A stretch of DNA of 64,000 nucleotides. It comes from Octopus sinensis. Taxonomy: Eukaryota. Shown here in pieces: positions 52,641 through 64,000 of this stretch. A program made the translations under genes and the position numbers. Every line of letters starts with the position of its first letter. The stretch's first letter is position 1. The notes under the pieces are model-generated. The model did no database searches and was not told the DNA's origin. It saw only the letters and a program-made list of their open reading frames with translations. The stretch covers positions 93,372,001 to 93,436,000 of the forward strand of contig NC_043005.1 in the NCBI RefSeq assembly GCF_006345805.1, in the 5' to 3' direction.

Positions 52641-54129
52641 AATGAGTGAAAGTAGTGAGGTATTGGAAGACTTAAAGTTGGCATGTTATGGATTATAGCA
52701 GTGATTGGGGCTGATTTTTAATGTATTCTTAGGAATGTAATATTTGCGTGTGTATTTGTGTTATTCTAAGGCCGAGGGTGGATATATCGTTTGTCATAGA
52801 CGCGTTCAGATTTAGATCTTCCAGAGATGACAACGGAATTTTTGCGAGTGAATTTGAATCAAAACTGCCAACTCAGAAAACAACGTTTAGGTTTTATCGA
52901 CCGTTTCACTTTTCTGTAAAGAAAATGACAATATTTACCGCCATGTTGTTAACGGTTTGTAAAATGCAATGCAATGTCAGTATGAATCAGACAAACAGTA
53001 ACTTTTTATTGACAGCTCAAAGTTGAGTTTAAAGTGTGTTTTGTTGCGTTATAGAAATATGCTTGTTTCTGTAGCTTTTGGACACTCGCTACATCTAGAA
53101 TGAAATTAGTACCGTGGAAACCCAAATACTTTGGATGATATATAAAGATTTGTAAGGGATTTTTAATCTGCCTGACCAACAAAAGTGGTTATACTAACTT
53201 AAATTATTTTTGTGCGTGATGCAAAATCGGTCCAGGTTTCCAGAGAACTTTCGACAAAGTCAACACTCCGAACTTAGCGTCAAGATAAAATCGACAGACT
53301 AGCACAAATAACGGTTTAGGTGACTGGAAAACCACTTTCGCCAGAGGTTAAACCGAGTCCAACAAAGCTCAGTTTTAGAATCTGCCTGTTTCCCATCTCC
53401 TAAATGAATTCAACGCGTGTAAAATTTTCTAGCTGTCGACTAACGATTCCATGTTAGTTTCATTAAAAAAATGTAAAACAATGGTTTTTATAAGAAAAAG
53501 AAAACCTTGAATTATACTTACGGAATTGGTAACTGTGGAAACTAATGTTAAAATAATATAAACAGCACGCTAATGTGGTTAGAAACAAAACTTCCTCATC
53601 TCTGGCAGGTTTGGGAAGTTACGTAAAATGGCAGGCAGGGCGTATATGAAAGAACCGTAGAGCAGCGAAGAAAATAAAACTTTAAAAAATAACTCCAATA
53701 AAAAAAATATCCAGTTAAAATATTTCTTTATTTAAATATCACCATCATCATCGACATTACAAAAAAAAAAACAACACATAATAAACATTTATAAGGATAT
53801 TTATAGTAAATATTCATCGGACGAATATTTGTATAATATATGTACAACAGTGTGAACGTTGAATGGAATTTTACTGAATATACAATAATAGAGATGGGAT
53901 TTGACTTGGCAGAAGACCGGCTGATGTAGGGGAAGGAATGTAATCGACCGATCGACCTCAGTAGATCATTGGTACTTCATTTTAGCAATTCTCCGGGGGC
54001 GGGGATACGGTTTAGCTAAAGTCGACCCCGGCAGCACTTGAACTCAGAACGACGTAACTAAATATGCTGTCATTTTATACACCCCACTATGCTTTCTGAC
54101 TTTGCCCTTCGAAAACAAAAATAAAATTA

Positions 54130-54165
<36 letters not shown>

Positions 54166-54441
54166 TGTATGCATGTATGTATGTATATAACGTATAATAA
54201 TCATTATTAGATATACACATACATATATACACATGAATACATACACACAAACGCTCACACACATGAACATTCACAGAGGAAAAGATTGGCATTGACTTCA
54301 GAGTTTCGCATTACCAGCCATCATAGGGTTGTTGTTAGCTGACAAGCCATAACTTCAAACTCACTGTCAACATATTCCTCGCAAAAATGAATGCGCTTCA
54401 CTAAAAAGTATTGAATAATCCTTCAATTTAATGTCAAATTG

Positions 54442-54486
<45 letters not shown>

Positions 54487-54535
54487 ATATATTATATATA
54501 TATATATATAATATATATATATATGTATGTATATA

Positions 54536-54567
<32 letters not shown>

Positions 54568-54608
54568 GTATGTATGTATGTATGTATGTATGTATGTATG
54601 TATGCATG

Positions 54609-54795
54609 TACGAAGAGTGCTGAAAAGTTCCTATAAAAGAAAATATAGGAGAATCAATCAATTATGATTTTATTCAACATATTCCTCTCTCAGATTCTCA
54701 CACTTATTGCAGCAGTCCTTCAGTTTTTCTAAGCCCTGTAAAAGAACTTGGCGGGTTGAGCCTCCAAGACCTTTCACAATATCTTTAAAGCCGGG

Positions 54796-54798
<3 letters not shown>
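54609..54798 (-). mobile_element. Mariner 3' terminal fragment, same family as 6231-7505
   Basis: Reverse complement matches about 7340-7505 (CAGGGCTTAGAAAAACTGAAGGA...GGAATATGTTGAATAAAATCATAATT). Confidence 0.8.
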
Positions 54799-54890
<92 letters not shown>

Positions 54891-55139
54891 GTATGTATGT
54901 TATATACGTATGTATATAAACAGAAGCGACACATATGTATATACATATATACATACATATATAAGTATTTAAAATAGGATAAAATCTTTATAAGAATTTA
55001 TCAAGAAGTCAGCGTGAAAACCTCAAAAAGGGAAAAATTATAATTATTCCCTTTAAATATATTTATTTATATTAAGGGCATTTATGTGTATTAATGCCCT
55101 TTATATAAACAAATACATATATATGTATGCATGTGTGTG

Positions 55140-55356
<217 letters not shown>

Positions 55357-56987
55357 ATTAGTCAAAGGACTAAGCTATTCAAATAATATTGGACAATGAT
55401 TTATGCAGCAGTAACTTCATGTTTTATCAACTCAGCATCAGAGTTTCAATTATAAAGTGAAACCATTTCTAATTCCATTATTAGGAAAATGCATAATCAC
55501 CAAAACTCTTCTTCATCTTTGTGAAGATGTCAAGTTCTGAACATATGTACGCAACATTATTATTGAGAAGTACAGAGCTGTACCTTTGCTATAAAAGGTA
55601 ATGCGTTCGCTCAGTTATCAACTGGTACGTGGTTCGATTACGATTCAGTGGTAAAATGCTGTTTATTTTTAAAACCCGAATGTCTTGGCGAAATGTACGA
55701 CGTCTTGATTAAATTGTGTAATATCAGGGCATTATGTTTTAGCAGCGTTATTCCCGTGTCTGACCTCGGAAATAAGTAACATCCGAGAATAATTTTTCCC
55801 TGAAACTTAAGACCCATTTTAGAAATCGCTATTGTTAAGAATATGTAAACTGGAAACAATTTCCCTCGATACGAGGTTCCTTCTTTTCTTTTCTTCAAAG
55901 AAAAATAGATGCGAATATATATCTCAAATATCAATACGATATAATTAAAATTGTTTGAATTAATTTATTATTGTATCAAGAAATATAATTGACGCAATTT
56001 TTCGCAAATCTTCTACTCCTTCTTGACAGTCAGGTGGTCTGAAATAATGTGGAATAAAAATACCTCGAGCAGAAACAACGGCGTTTAACGATGCTGTATG
56101 TTTCGATTCATGATCTGTTTTATACACAACATCTATCGCTCCTACTTTATATAATCCTTTCTACTATAGGCAGAAGGCCTGACATTTTGGGAGGGGTGAT
56201 AGGTCGATTGGATTGACCCCAGTACTTCATTTGTCGACCCCGAAAGAATGAAAGACAAAGCCGACTTCGATGGAATTTGGACTCAGAACGTAGAGTATGT
56301 TTTGAGATTTGACAGCTGTTTCTAACGTATCGTGGACAGCTTCGATTGTCGACTGGGAAAGTTGAATGAAATATAACTGGGTGGGGCGTATAATTCTATT
56401 TCTATAACAATAATATCTTAAAATGACAATTTTTGCGAATAGCTAATCCATTAGCATAGGCTGAATGAGAAGTGACTACAGTCTGTCGTCTGTTCACGGT
56501 GGGCATGTTCTAAAATGGGTCACCTATATTTAAACATCGAAACACATAAAACACTATTTTGTCATTTATTATAAATAGTTGACTAGTTAAAAATTATTCA
56601 TCGATCGAAATAAAATAATCGGTGAATAGATTAAAGAATATAGCCAACTTATTTGAAAGTAAGTGTTACGTCATGGAGACGTAAACAAAAGAGATACGAC
56701 GTAGTTCGTGATTGGGAGCAAAAAGAAAATGGTCTTGTTGCTTAGTATTATATTTTATAGTGCCATTATACAACTGTATTTACTGTCATTTACTGGTCTT
56801 TGTAGACCACTATTCAATGAAATGTGAGTATGTGCGTGCGTGTGTGAATATATATATATAGTTATCGCCATACTTATATGGCAGTCTTATATTTATAAGA
56901 CTGCCATATAAGTATGGCGATAACTATTAATTTCCAGTAACGCTGCCGTTAATCTCTTTTAGAGAGACTTAGTAATTTTAATATTTC

Positions 56988-57243
<256 letters not shown>

Positions 57244-57834
57244 GCAGATAAAAAGATACAAACTACAGAAGCGAACATGCATGTTAATATTCGATGATTC
57301 ATGAGTCTGACGATAAAACCTTTACCGTTCTTTTATTTTTATTTCCCCATTTCCGAATCGATCTAATTGCTGATAGCCACTCAAATCAATGTAATATCTA
57401 ATTTATTATTAAAAGTTTACACCAATAGTGATCATCCTCATTCAATTACTCGACAAATGTCACCTGACTCCTAACCGCATCACCCGGAGACATTGGTTAC
57501 CGCATGTCTACAGCACTGCCTTGCCTACATTATTGAACTATTCCATTCACGTGGTGCATATTTACGACTTAGCGGACTGGGACGTTGAGTGTTAAGTATC
57601 TTGGTTATGAACAGTTTGGGTACAGCCTAACACAACACCTCACATTTGCTTGTGTGAAACCCTCACAGCACAGCCATCAGCAACTTTCTCCCATCACACA
57701 TTTTCAATGAAATAATATTTTAAGGAGAATCCGTCTGCAAAAGAAATGCGTTTTCAAATATCAAATATTCTCAGTTATTTTGAAGATAAGTGTTATATAT
57801 TTTTTTCACGTGAAAAAATTTAATAATAAATAGA

Positions 57835-57869
<35 letters not shown>

Positions 57870-58080
57870 GAGTCCTTGAATAAAGAAAGAATAAAATGAA
57901 AGAAATATAGAGATGATCAGATTCCTATCGAATAAACTGGATATGTTGTTTCGCCATCAACATCGTTTGCCGGCTGAAAGTTCGTTAACCTATTGGATGT
58001 ACCTGTTTGTTGTATCAATAGGTTGTTGGCTTAATATGTAAACAGCAACTGGAAGACATTGCTAATTATAAATATCTTAC

Positions 58081-58120
<40 letters not shown>

Positions 58121-59581
58121 CGGGAAGGTTTACGAAAATAAACAAAAGACGAAGGCAGGTGGAGTACAAACAAACAATTGTATTAGTATGGCGCTCAGGA
58201 ATAGAAATAAAACAAGTTTTTTACGTTTCGAGCCTACGCTCTTCGACAGAAAGATACACAGAAAAGAAACAAGGAGAGAAAAAAATGCGTGTAGGAGCTA
58301 ACGGTCCAACATGGCCAATATCAGAAACAAGGTATATGTGTAAGCAAACACCTCAAAGCTGCAGTATTTCATCTAAGGGAGACTTCTTTAAAGAGGTATC
58401 GTGTTAATAAAAAAAAAACAGTATTCTCTCAAAACTAGGCGAAACGAAATCGCGTCCGAAGTGAAAGAGGGCGACAGACATCGATATTTCTCAGTCACTT
58501 CTATTCTCCAGTGTCACATGCTCCTCCACTCCCTAAACGACTCGCAACACCCTGCCAGAGTATGTTTACAAATGCCATAAAATCTTTAGCGTTCCTTCGA
58601 TATAACTCGACAATATCAAAACAAAAATTCGACTCTTTCCGTGACAAATCTTTTTGCTGATGTGCAAAAGCGTTGTACGAGGAAAACAAAATTTAAATTT
58701 TGTATTTGAAGCAGTTTAATAATGTAAACACACGCACACGCATACGGGGTTTCGCGTTGCGCTGTACTCAGCAATAATTAGAAACATTTTATACAAATGT
58801 AAAGTTGCTAATTCTTGCTTCGAAAAGTATTTTAACATCTCTTCTGAAACTAGATGTTAATAATTTATAAATGTATGTTATTTTTATTTGTTTTGTATTT
58901 TTGTAAACTAAATTATTAACAAAACCAAAAAATGTTTCATCTTTCATAGTTTCCCCATCAACTGTTTCCGCTGGAAACATTCTGGGAAGCGTCTGTTGGC
59001 AGTCATTCAATATTATCTCATTTAGTTAATTACTGAAAGACGGTCAAACAGGTAACATAAACATTCAGTGTTTAAGCAGAAACAAATCTGTAAACCTTTA
59101 CATTGAAGGTAACCACAACGCGCACGCGCACGCGTGAGCAGATTCACAGTTGTGAAGTTCGTCGTATTCACAATGCTATTTACACGGTATTCATTATATA
59201 AATTAAAAGTGTAATGGATGCCGGATGTGACGCTTTTCACAACAAACTATCCAGTCGGATAGATAGAACAGCGGGTAAGAGTGAGTGAGAGGGAGAGAGA
59301 GAGAGAAGGGAGAGAGAGAGAGAGGGAGAGAATGAGTGAGTGAGTAAAGCTTTCGTTATACAAAGGAGTTATAAGAATTTGTTAGTGCTAACAGGGTTAC
59401 AGCTTTCTTTTCTACAAGCGTTGTAACGATGTGGGGAAAGGAAAGGTGGGGGGTTATGTGAGAAAATTGTTTTGTTTTTTTAAAGAACAAAATTCAATAA
59501 GAAAGAACATATGTAGAGGTTAAGGACTGGACTCTTAAGCACGGCAGATGTGACATTAAACCGAAGTAGTAAATTGTTTCT

Positions 59582-60706
59582 TTAACAAGCAAATGTCAAC
59601 AATAAGGACCAAGTAAAACACGTGCTAATACCATATAATATCACACTTCCGCTCCTAACCACAGGTATGGAAGGCTCCCGATTGTTCAATCTATAAATGT
59701 CAATATTTTTTTTTAATCCCTTGGATGAGAAACAAGGGCTGTCCTGGCAAATCACCTCATCCGAAGAGCGGTAATTTTCCAAAGATATTTTCTGCTTTAA
59801 ATCTTTGAAAACACACCAGTTTCGGTAAAGAAGTTCGTCAAATGACCATTTGTCAAGAGAGATGCTGTTATACGCCGCTGAATCGACTCTCCTTGAAAGC
59901 ATCTTATTATTGTTAACAGGTGAGTCTCGTTTAGTAGAAGACGACGACGAAGTATAATATATGGCTTTCTTTCCTTTCGATAAACCGAACAGGTTGCAGC
60001 CGCATGTGAATGTGTTACCATAAAACTCAAAGTTGGAGAACTCATTGGTCGAAAAATCGAACACATTGCAACCGATGTCGGTGATGTCGTTCATGAAAAA
60101 ATCAACATGTCTGACGTTGGTTACGGAAGAAAAGATGGCCGTTCCTAAGCGACCGATCTGATTAGAATAAATGGAGAACGTATAGACATTGGATACTTGA
60201 TGAATAGCTTCCGTCTGGAAATCATGAATGGTTGATTCGAATATAGTCCATTCTCTGAGATTAAATATGTTGCTAAATGCATGTTTTTTTATAGTTTTAA
60301 TAGTCACATTATGGAACTGGATCACAGTCTGGTTCCATAAATGGTTGAAAGCGTTCGTTTCTATTCGGTCGATATTACAAACAGAAAACGACAATTCCTC
60401 CAAATTAGAGATGTTCTTAAAAGCATCGCTCCGGATTACATGTATATCACTGTTTTCGATCCTTAACAAAGTTAGATCCGGAAACCGAAGCAGGGCATTT
60501 GCTGGGATTTCCTCTATTGACATTTCAGTCAGTAAGACTGACTTGGATATGGAAGGCAGATCAAGTGGAAAGGCATTCAGTCGGGAGCAAGATGTATATC
60601 CAGATTTGCAAACGCATGATTTTGGACAGTATTCGACGGGCAAAGATCCTGTACCGCTTATCAACATCAGTTGTAGCCAGAACAGGACACTCTTCAAGTA
60701 ACCCAT
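59582..60706 (-). CDS. Secreted or GPI-anchored leucine-rich-repeat cell-surface protein, 374 aa, single coding exon
   Basis: Signal peptide MGYLKSVLFWLQLMLISGTGS; LRRNT CPKSCVC...C; about 8 LRR-like repeats (IEEIPANAL, IRSDAF, IETNAF, IKKHAF); LRRCT-like FTCGC...C...C; hydrophobic C-terminus. A splice acceptor (ttttatcttttgtag, exon starts 60721) lies just upstream, so ATG 60704-60706 is the likely start rather than the GTG used by the ORF track. Confidence 0.88.
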   Translation of the reverse strand: MGYLKSVLFWLQLMLISGTGSLPVEYCPKSCVCKSGYTSCSRLNAFPLDLPSISKSVLLTEMSIEEIPANALLRFPDLTLLRIENSDIHVIRSDAFKNISNLEELSFSVCNIDRIETNAFNHLWNQTVIQFHNVTIKTIKKHAFSNIFNLREWTIFESTIHDFQTEAIHQVSNVYTFSIYSNQIGRLGTAIFSSVTNVRHVDFFMNDITDIGCNVFDFSTNEFSNFEFYGNTFTCGCNLFGLSKGKKAIYYTSSSSSTKRDSPVNNNKMLSRRVDSAAYNSISLDKWSFDELLYRNWCVFKDLKQKISLENYRSSDEVICQDSPCFSSKGLKKNIDIYRLNNREPSIPVVRSGSVILYGISTCFTWSLLLTFAC

Positions 60707-62209
60707 TTTGTTGACTTTCACCTACAAAAGATAAAAGCAAAGATTTTGGTGAAATAATTAAGAAACATACATTATCTTATTGAAATAAATATTAATGTCC
60801 TTAAATATTATACATGCATTCACAACATGTATAAAAACATACATGTATATACAAAAAGAGAAAGAGAAAAGAGAAAAATATAAAGCATTCGTAAATATAT
60901 AGATATAATACGAACGTAAATGATGACGGGAGCTCAGAAACGTAGGCTAACACTTAAATCATTCGACCAGAAAGCAGAAACTGAAAGGAAAAACAATTTC
61001 CCAATATTTATGACCTTGGAAGGCCAACACATAAAGTGAAATGTTTGTATTATCGTTGCGGCATACGGTAAGGCAGTGAGTTGGCAGAGTGGATAAAGAG
61101 TCGGACAAAATTCCTTGCAGCATTTCTTCCGTTCTGAATCAACTTTGCTTTCTCTTTTCGTAGTCGGTCAACTTCATCATCCAGAGTCGAAAAAATAAAG
61201 TAACAGTCATGTACTGGGGTCAATGGTTTTAATGAAAGCCCCTCCTCAAACCTGTTGGCCTTGTACCTAAATTTCATTATGAATTCATGCAAACGCGGAC
61301 GTGCACAGAATGGAAAATTTATAGCTTTGTTCTTGCAACAGATGTGCCTTGTCAGTGATTAGCATAATTTGAAAAGAGGTCCGCGATTAGGACTTGGCGG
61401 TCAATAAATGGGTGGGTTTGAAGAATATGTACTGACCACCACCTCTGCCACCGCCCAACCAGAAATGGCTTGTGAAAGTGTAGGTCAAGCAACATGAAGG
61501 GAAACAAAAATAAGCGTGGTGGCGTCTCTGTCGAAACTGAGCACATCTGTTACAGGGTCAGAAGTGCAACGCTAAGAGGATGTCCCAAGTTTTCACAAAC
61601 TAGAACAGTTCGCATTTACTAACGAGCTTCTAAAAGCAAGAAAGAGCGGTGAACTGACAGGATTGCTGACAAGCTTGCCGAACAAAATGCATAGCGGCAT
61701 TTCTTCCGGCTTTGTGCGTTCTGGGTTCAAATGCGCTGAGATCGACTCTGTCTCTCATCTTTTCTGGGCCGATAAATAATTACTGGGGTCGATGTCCTCA
61801 ACTAACCCCTCTCTTCGAAATGGATATTTTTAAATGAAATTTTCTGCAAATACATTTCAGATTAGGATTATATCGAAATTTGTTTGGACAAAACTTTACT
61901 GAGGAACGATCTTGCGGCTGGTTTATATAATCATCGCGCGTTCTAATATTTATCTAACTCTTGCTCATTCTATCTGTGTGTATGTGTACATGTGTGTGTA
62001 TAAGTATGTGTGTTGGTCAGAGAGACAGAGAGAAAAGAGCGTGTGTGTGTGTGTGCAAGTGAACTTGTGTGTGTTCATTGACATGGTTCTAAAATGTAGA
62101 TCCATTTAAATATCCTAAATTATAATGAATGTCCAAACATATAAATGTCCGTATATGCAAATGGGATTTATGATTGTGTGTGTGGGGGGGCGTATGTGTG
62201 CGCGCGCGT

Positions 62210-63010
62210 CTATCCGTCTGTCTGTCTGTCTGTCTGTTCCCTCTTCACGGTCTGTTCCCTCTTCACGGTCAAACGGCGAGACCAATGGTCACAATGTCTT
62301 TCGGGATTACGAAGGAGGTAATCAGGAAGGTTTTTAGCAAAAAAAAAAAATGTGAAAAAGTATGATTATTTGGTGGATATTGCGTTTTGTATTACCAAGA
62401 CGCTCGTGAGGAAGGTTTTTAGCATTAAAGGCCAGGAAGTATAACTATTTCGTGGAGATCGATTTCTGAACTGATAAAACCACCTTCGCATTTTTATTAA
62501 AATTTCACCGACCGCGAGTAACTCTGGATTTTCATCGTATAATTCGTGGCCCCATCGTACATACGAACTGGGTCGCGAGGACGGTTAATAACGAAAATAA
62601 AATGGAAAAAGTGTGTGTTTATATATAGTGTGTGTGATTATTTAGTGGTTATTGAAGTGTGTCAGTCTCAAGCAGGATTCGAAACAGCTAATCGAAGCAG
62701 CTGTTGTTTACATCTCAGTTTTGTCAATCAAAATAACACATGGTACCAGAACATCCGGACATTATTTGCACAGAACAGTGAGAGGTAAGCCTTAGTTTGA
62801 TTTTTTGCAACCCTAAAGATTCCACTCGCGCATTCACAGCAAACAAGGCACAGGGCCAGACTTTAGATCGTGTAGGTGTATTTTTACTCACTCCGATGTT
62901 TATACACGTCCAGTTATACGTTGTTATGTGTAGAGCAGCGGACTCCAGTAATCTGAGAATCAGTATCGACCTAACAGAATATACCGTCTACAAAGAAGTT
63001 TTGTAATCAT
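62210..63010 (+). mobile_element. Internally deleted Helitron with Pif1-helicase C-terminus
   Basis: (CTGT)n subterminal-like tract at about 62215-62240; ORF 62797..63006 TANKAQGQTLDRVGVFL...HVQLYVVMCRA...VYKEVL. Confidence 0.75.
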
Positions 63011-63036
63011 GTTGATATTATCGAAAGGAATATGTT

Positions 63037-63315
63037 CAGTTCTATATTTAAGAGATGAGGAATTATTTGCATTATTTACATTTGACGGATATTTGACCTC
63101 ATCTTGTTTGTTGTTAACACAACGTTTCGGCTGAGATACCCTCCAGCCCTCATCAGGTATTTTGGGGAAATTTCGAACCTAGGTTCTCATTCCTAAGGTA
63201 TTTTTCAATATTAGTATTATTATTATAATTCAGGTCACTGCTTGGAATCGAACTCGGAATCTTGGGGTTAGTAGCCCGCGCTCTTAACCACTACGCCATA
63301 TGCCCGTGGGCATAT
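63037..63315 (-). mobile_element. tRNA-headed SINE-like element carrying a hammerhead ribozyme
   Basis: A box TGGCGTAGTGG (63288-63298) and B box GAGTTCGATTCC (63244-63255) on the minus strand, hammerhead at 63116-63161; 3' limit approximate. Confidence 0.7.
63116..63161 (-). ncRNA. Minimal type I hammerhead ribozyme
   Basis: AATAC-CTGATGA-G-[GGCTG gagggtatct CAGCC]-GAAA-CG-TT-GTGTT. Stem I 5 bp with one wobble, palindromic ACGU stem III, GUU triplet, one extra purine after A9. Confidence 0.65.
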
Positions 63316-63337
63316 GATGATTATGATGATGATGATG

Positions 63338-63402
<65 letters not shown>

Positions 63403-63420
63403 GATAATAACAATAATAAA
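63316..63420. repeat. (GAT)n/(AAT)n microsatellite
   Basis: Direct inspection. Confidence 0.93.
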
Positions 63421-64000
63421 CTTACAAGAACAGGTATGGGAAGACATCTCAATCGCCGACCTAAGGAGGGCACTAACGAAGGCTCATAAGTGGAAATCCC
63501 CTGGTATTGATAGAGTACCAAATTTCTGGCTCTAATCACTCTCGTCCACACACAAAATGTTAGTAATACTATTTAATAGTATTATGAAAGACCCGGAAAA
63601 AACACCACATTGGATGGCTTACCTCCTCCCCCAAAACAACAAAACGAAAGACCCAAAAAACTACCGGCCTATAACATGTTTATCTACTACCTATAAGATT
63701 TTGACATCTATTCTGGTAGAGAAAACATATACGTTTATGGAAGGGATAACCTTTTTCCCACTGAACAAAAAGGATGCAGACGAGGCTCATACGGATGCAA
63801 AGATCAGCTCCTAATTAACCGCATGATCCTTGAGAACTGCCATAACAAGCGCAGAAATCTCAGCTCTTCATGGATTGATTATAAAAAAGCCTTTGACAGC
63901 ATACTACATTCGTGGATTCTGAAATCGCTGAACATTTTCAAAATTTTTCCTGTGATTTCAGATTTTTTAAAGTATAATATGTCACTATGGAACACGAAGC
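63421..64000 (+). mobile_element. 5'-truncated R4/Dong-clade non-LTR retrotransposon RT, running off the window edge
   Basis: WKSPGIDRVPNFWL, PKNYRPITCLSTTYKILT and, manually translated, EQKGCRRGSYGCKDQLLINRMILE...WIDYKKAFDSI; frameshifted. Confidence 0.82.

Noticed and set aside
60228-60701. 157-aa plus-strand ORF
   Set aside because: Antisense shadow of the LRR CDS.
60920-60944. ATGATGA...GAAACGTA hammerhead-like string in the LRR intron
   Set aside because: C3 missing; stems I and II do not pair.
63230-63305. Possible tRNA gene (apparent ACT anticodon); similar head at 9140-9210
   Set aside because: No proper acceptor stem and it continues into a repeat body; treated as a SINE head.

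Overview
AT-rich, repeat-saturated eukaryotic DNA, most likely an octopus genome. That assignment is inferred from the tRNA-derived SINE families, RTE/CR1/Dong LINEs and huge (TA)n/(TATG)n/(GATA)n tracts; no search was run. Only one host gene is well supported: a single-coding-exon, minus-strand LRR cell-surface protein with a signal peptide and a GPI-like tail (59582-60706). The rest is microsatellite plus transposon debris: a 5'-truncated CR1-type LINE, a near full-length frameshifted RTE LINE, a Dong/R4 LINE at the right edge, mariner/Tc1/hAT relics, Helitrons, Penelope-like relics, two solo-LTR-like elements, and a cluster of GG...CC foldback elements with 8-bp TSDs. The most notable signal is RNA-level. 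I can fold by eye six near-complete type I hammerhead ribozymes and three degenerate ones. Three sit one per unit in a head-to-tail 3 x ~562-bp array (retrozyme-like, predicting ~562-nt self-cleaved monomers). One lies downstream of an intact tRNA-type Pol III promoter (a hammerhead-bearing SINE). All alignments and folds were done manually; most ORFs in the supplied track are microsatellite artefacts.
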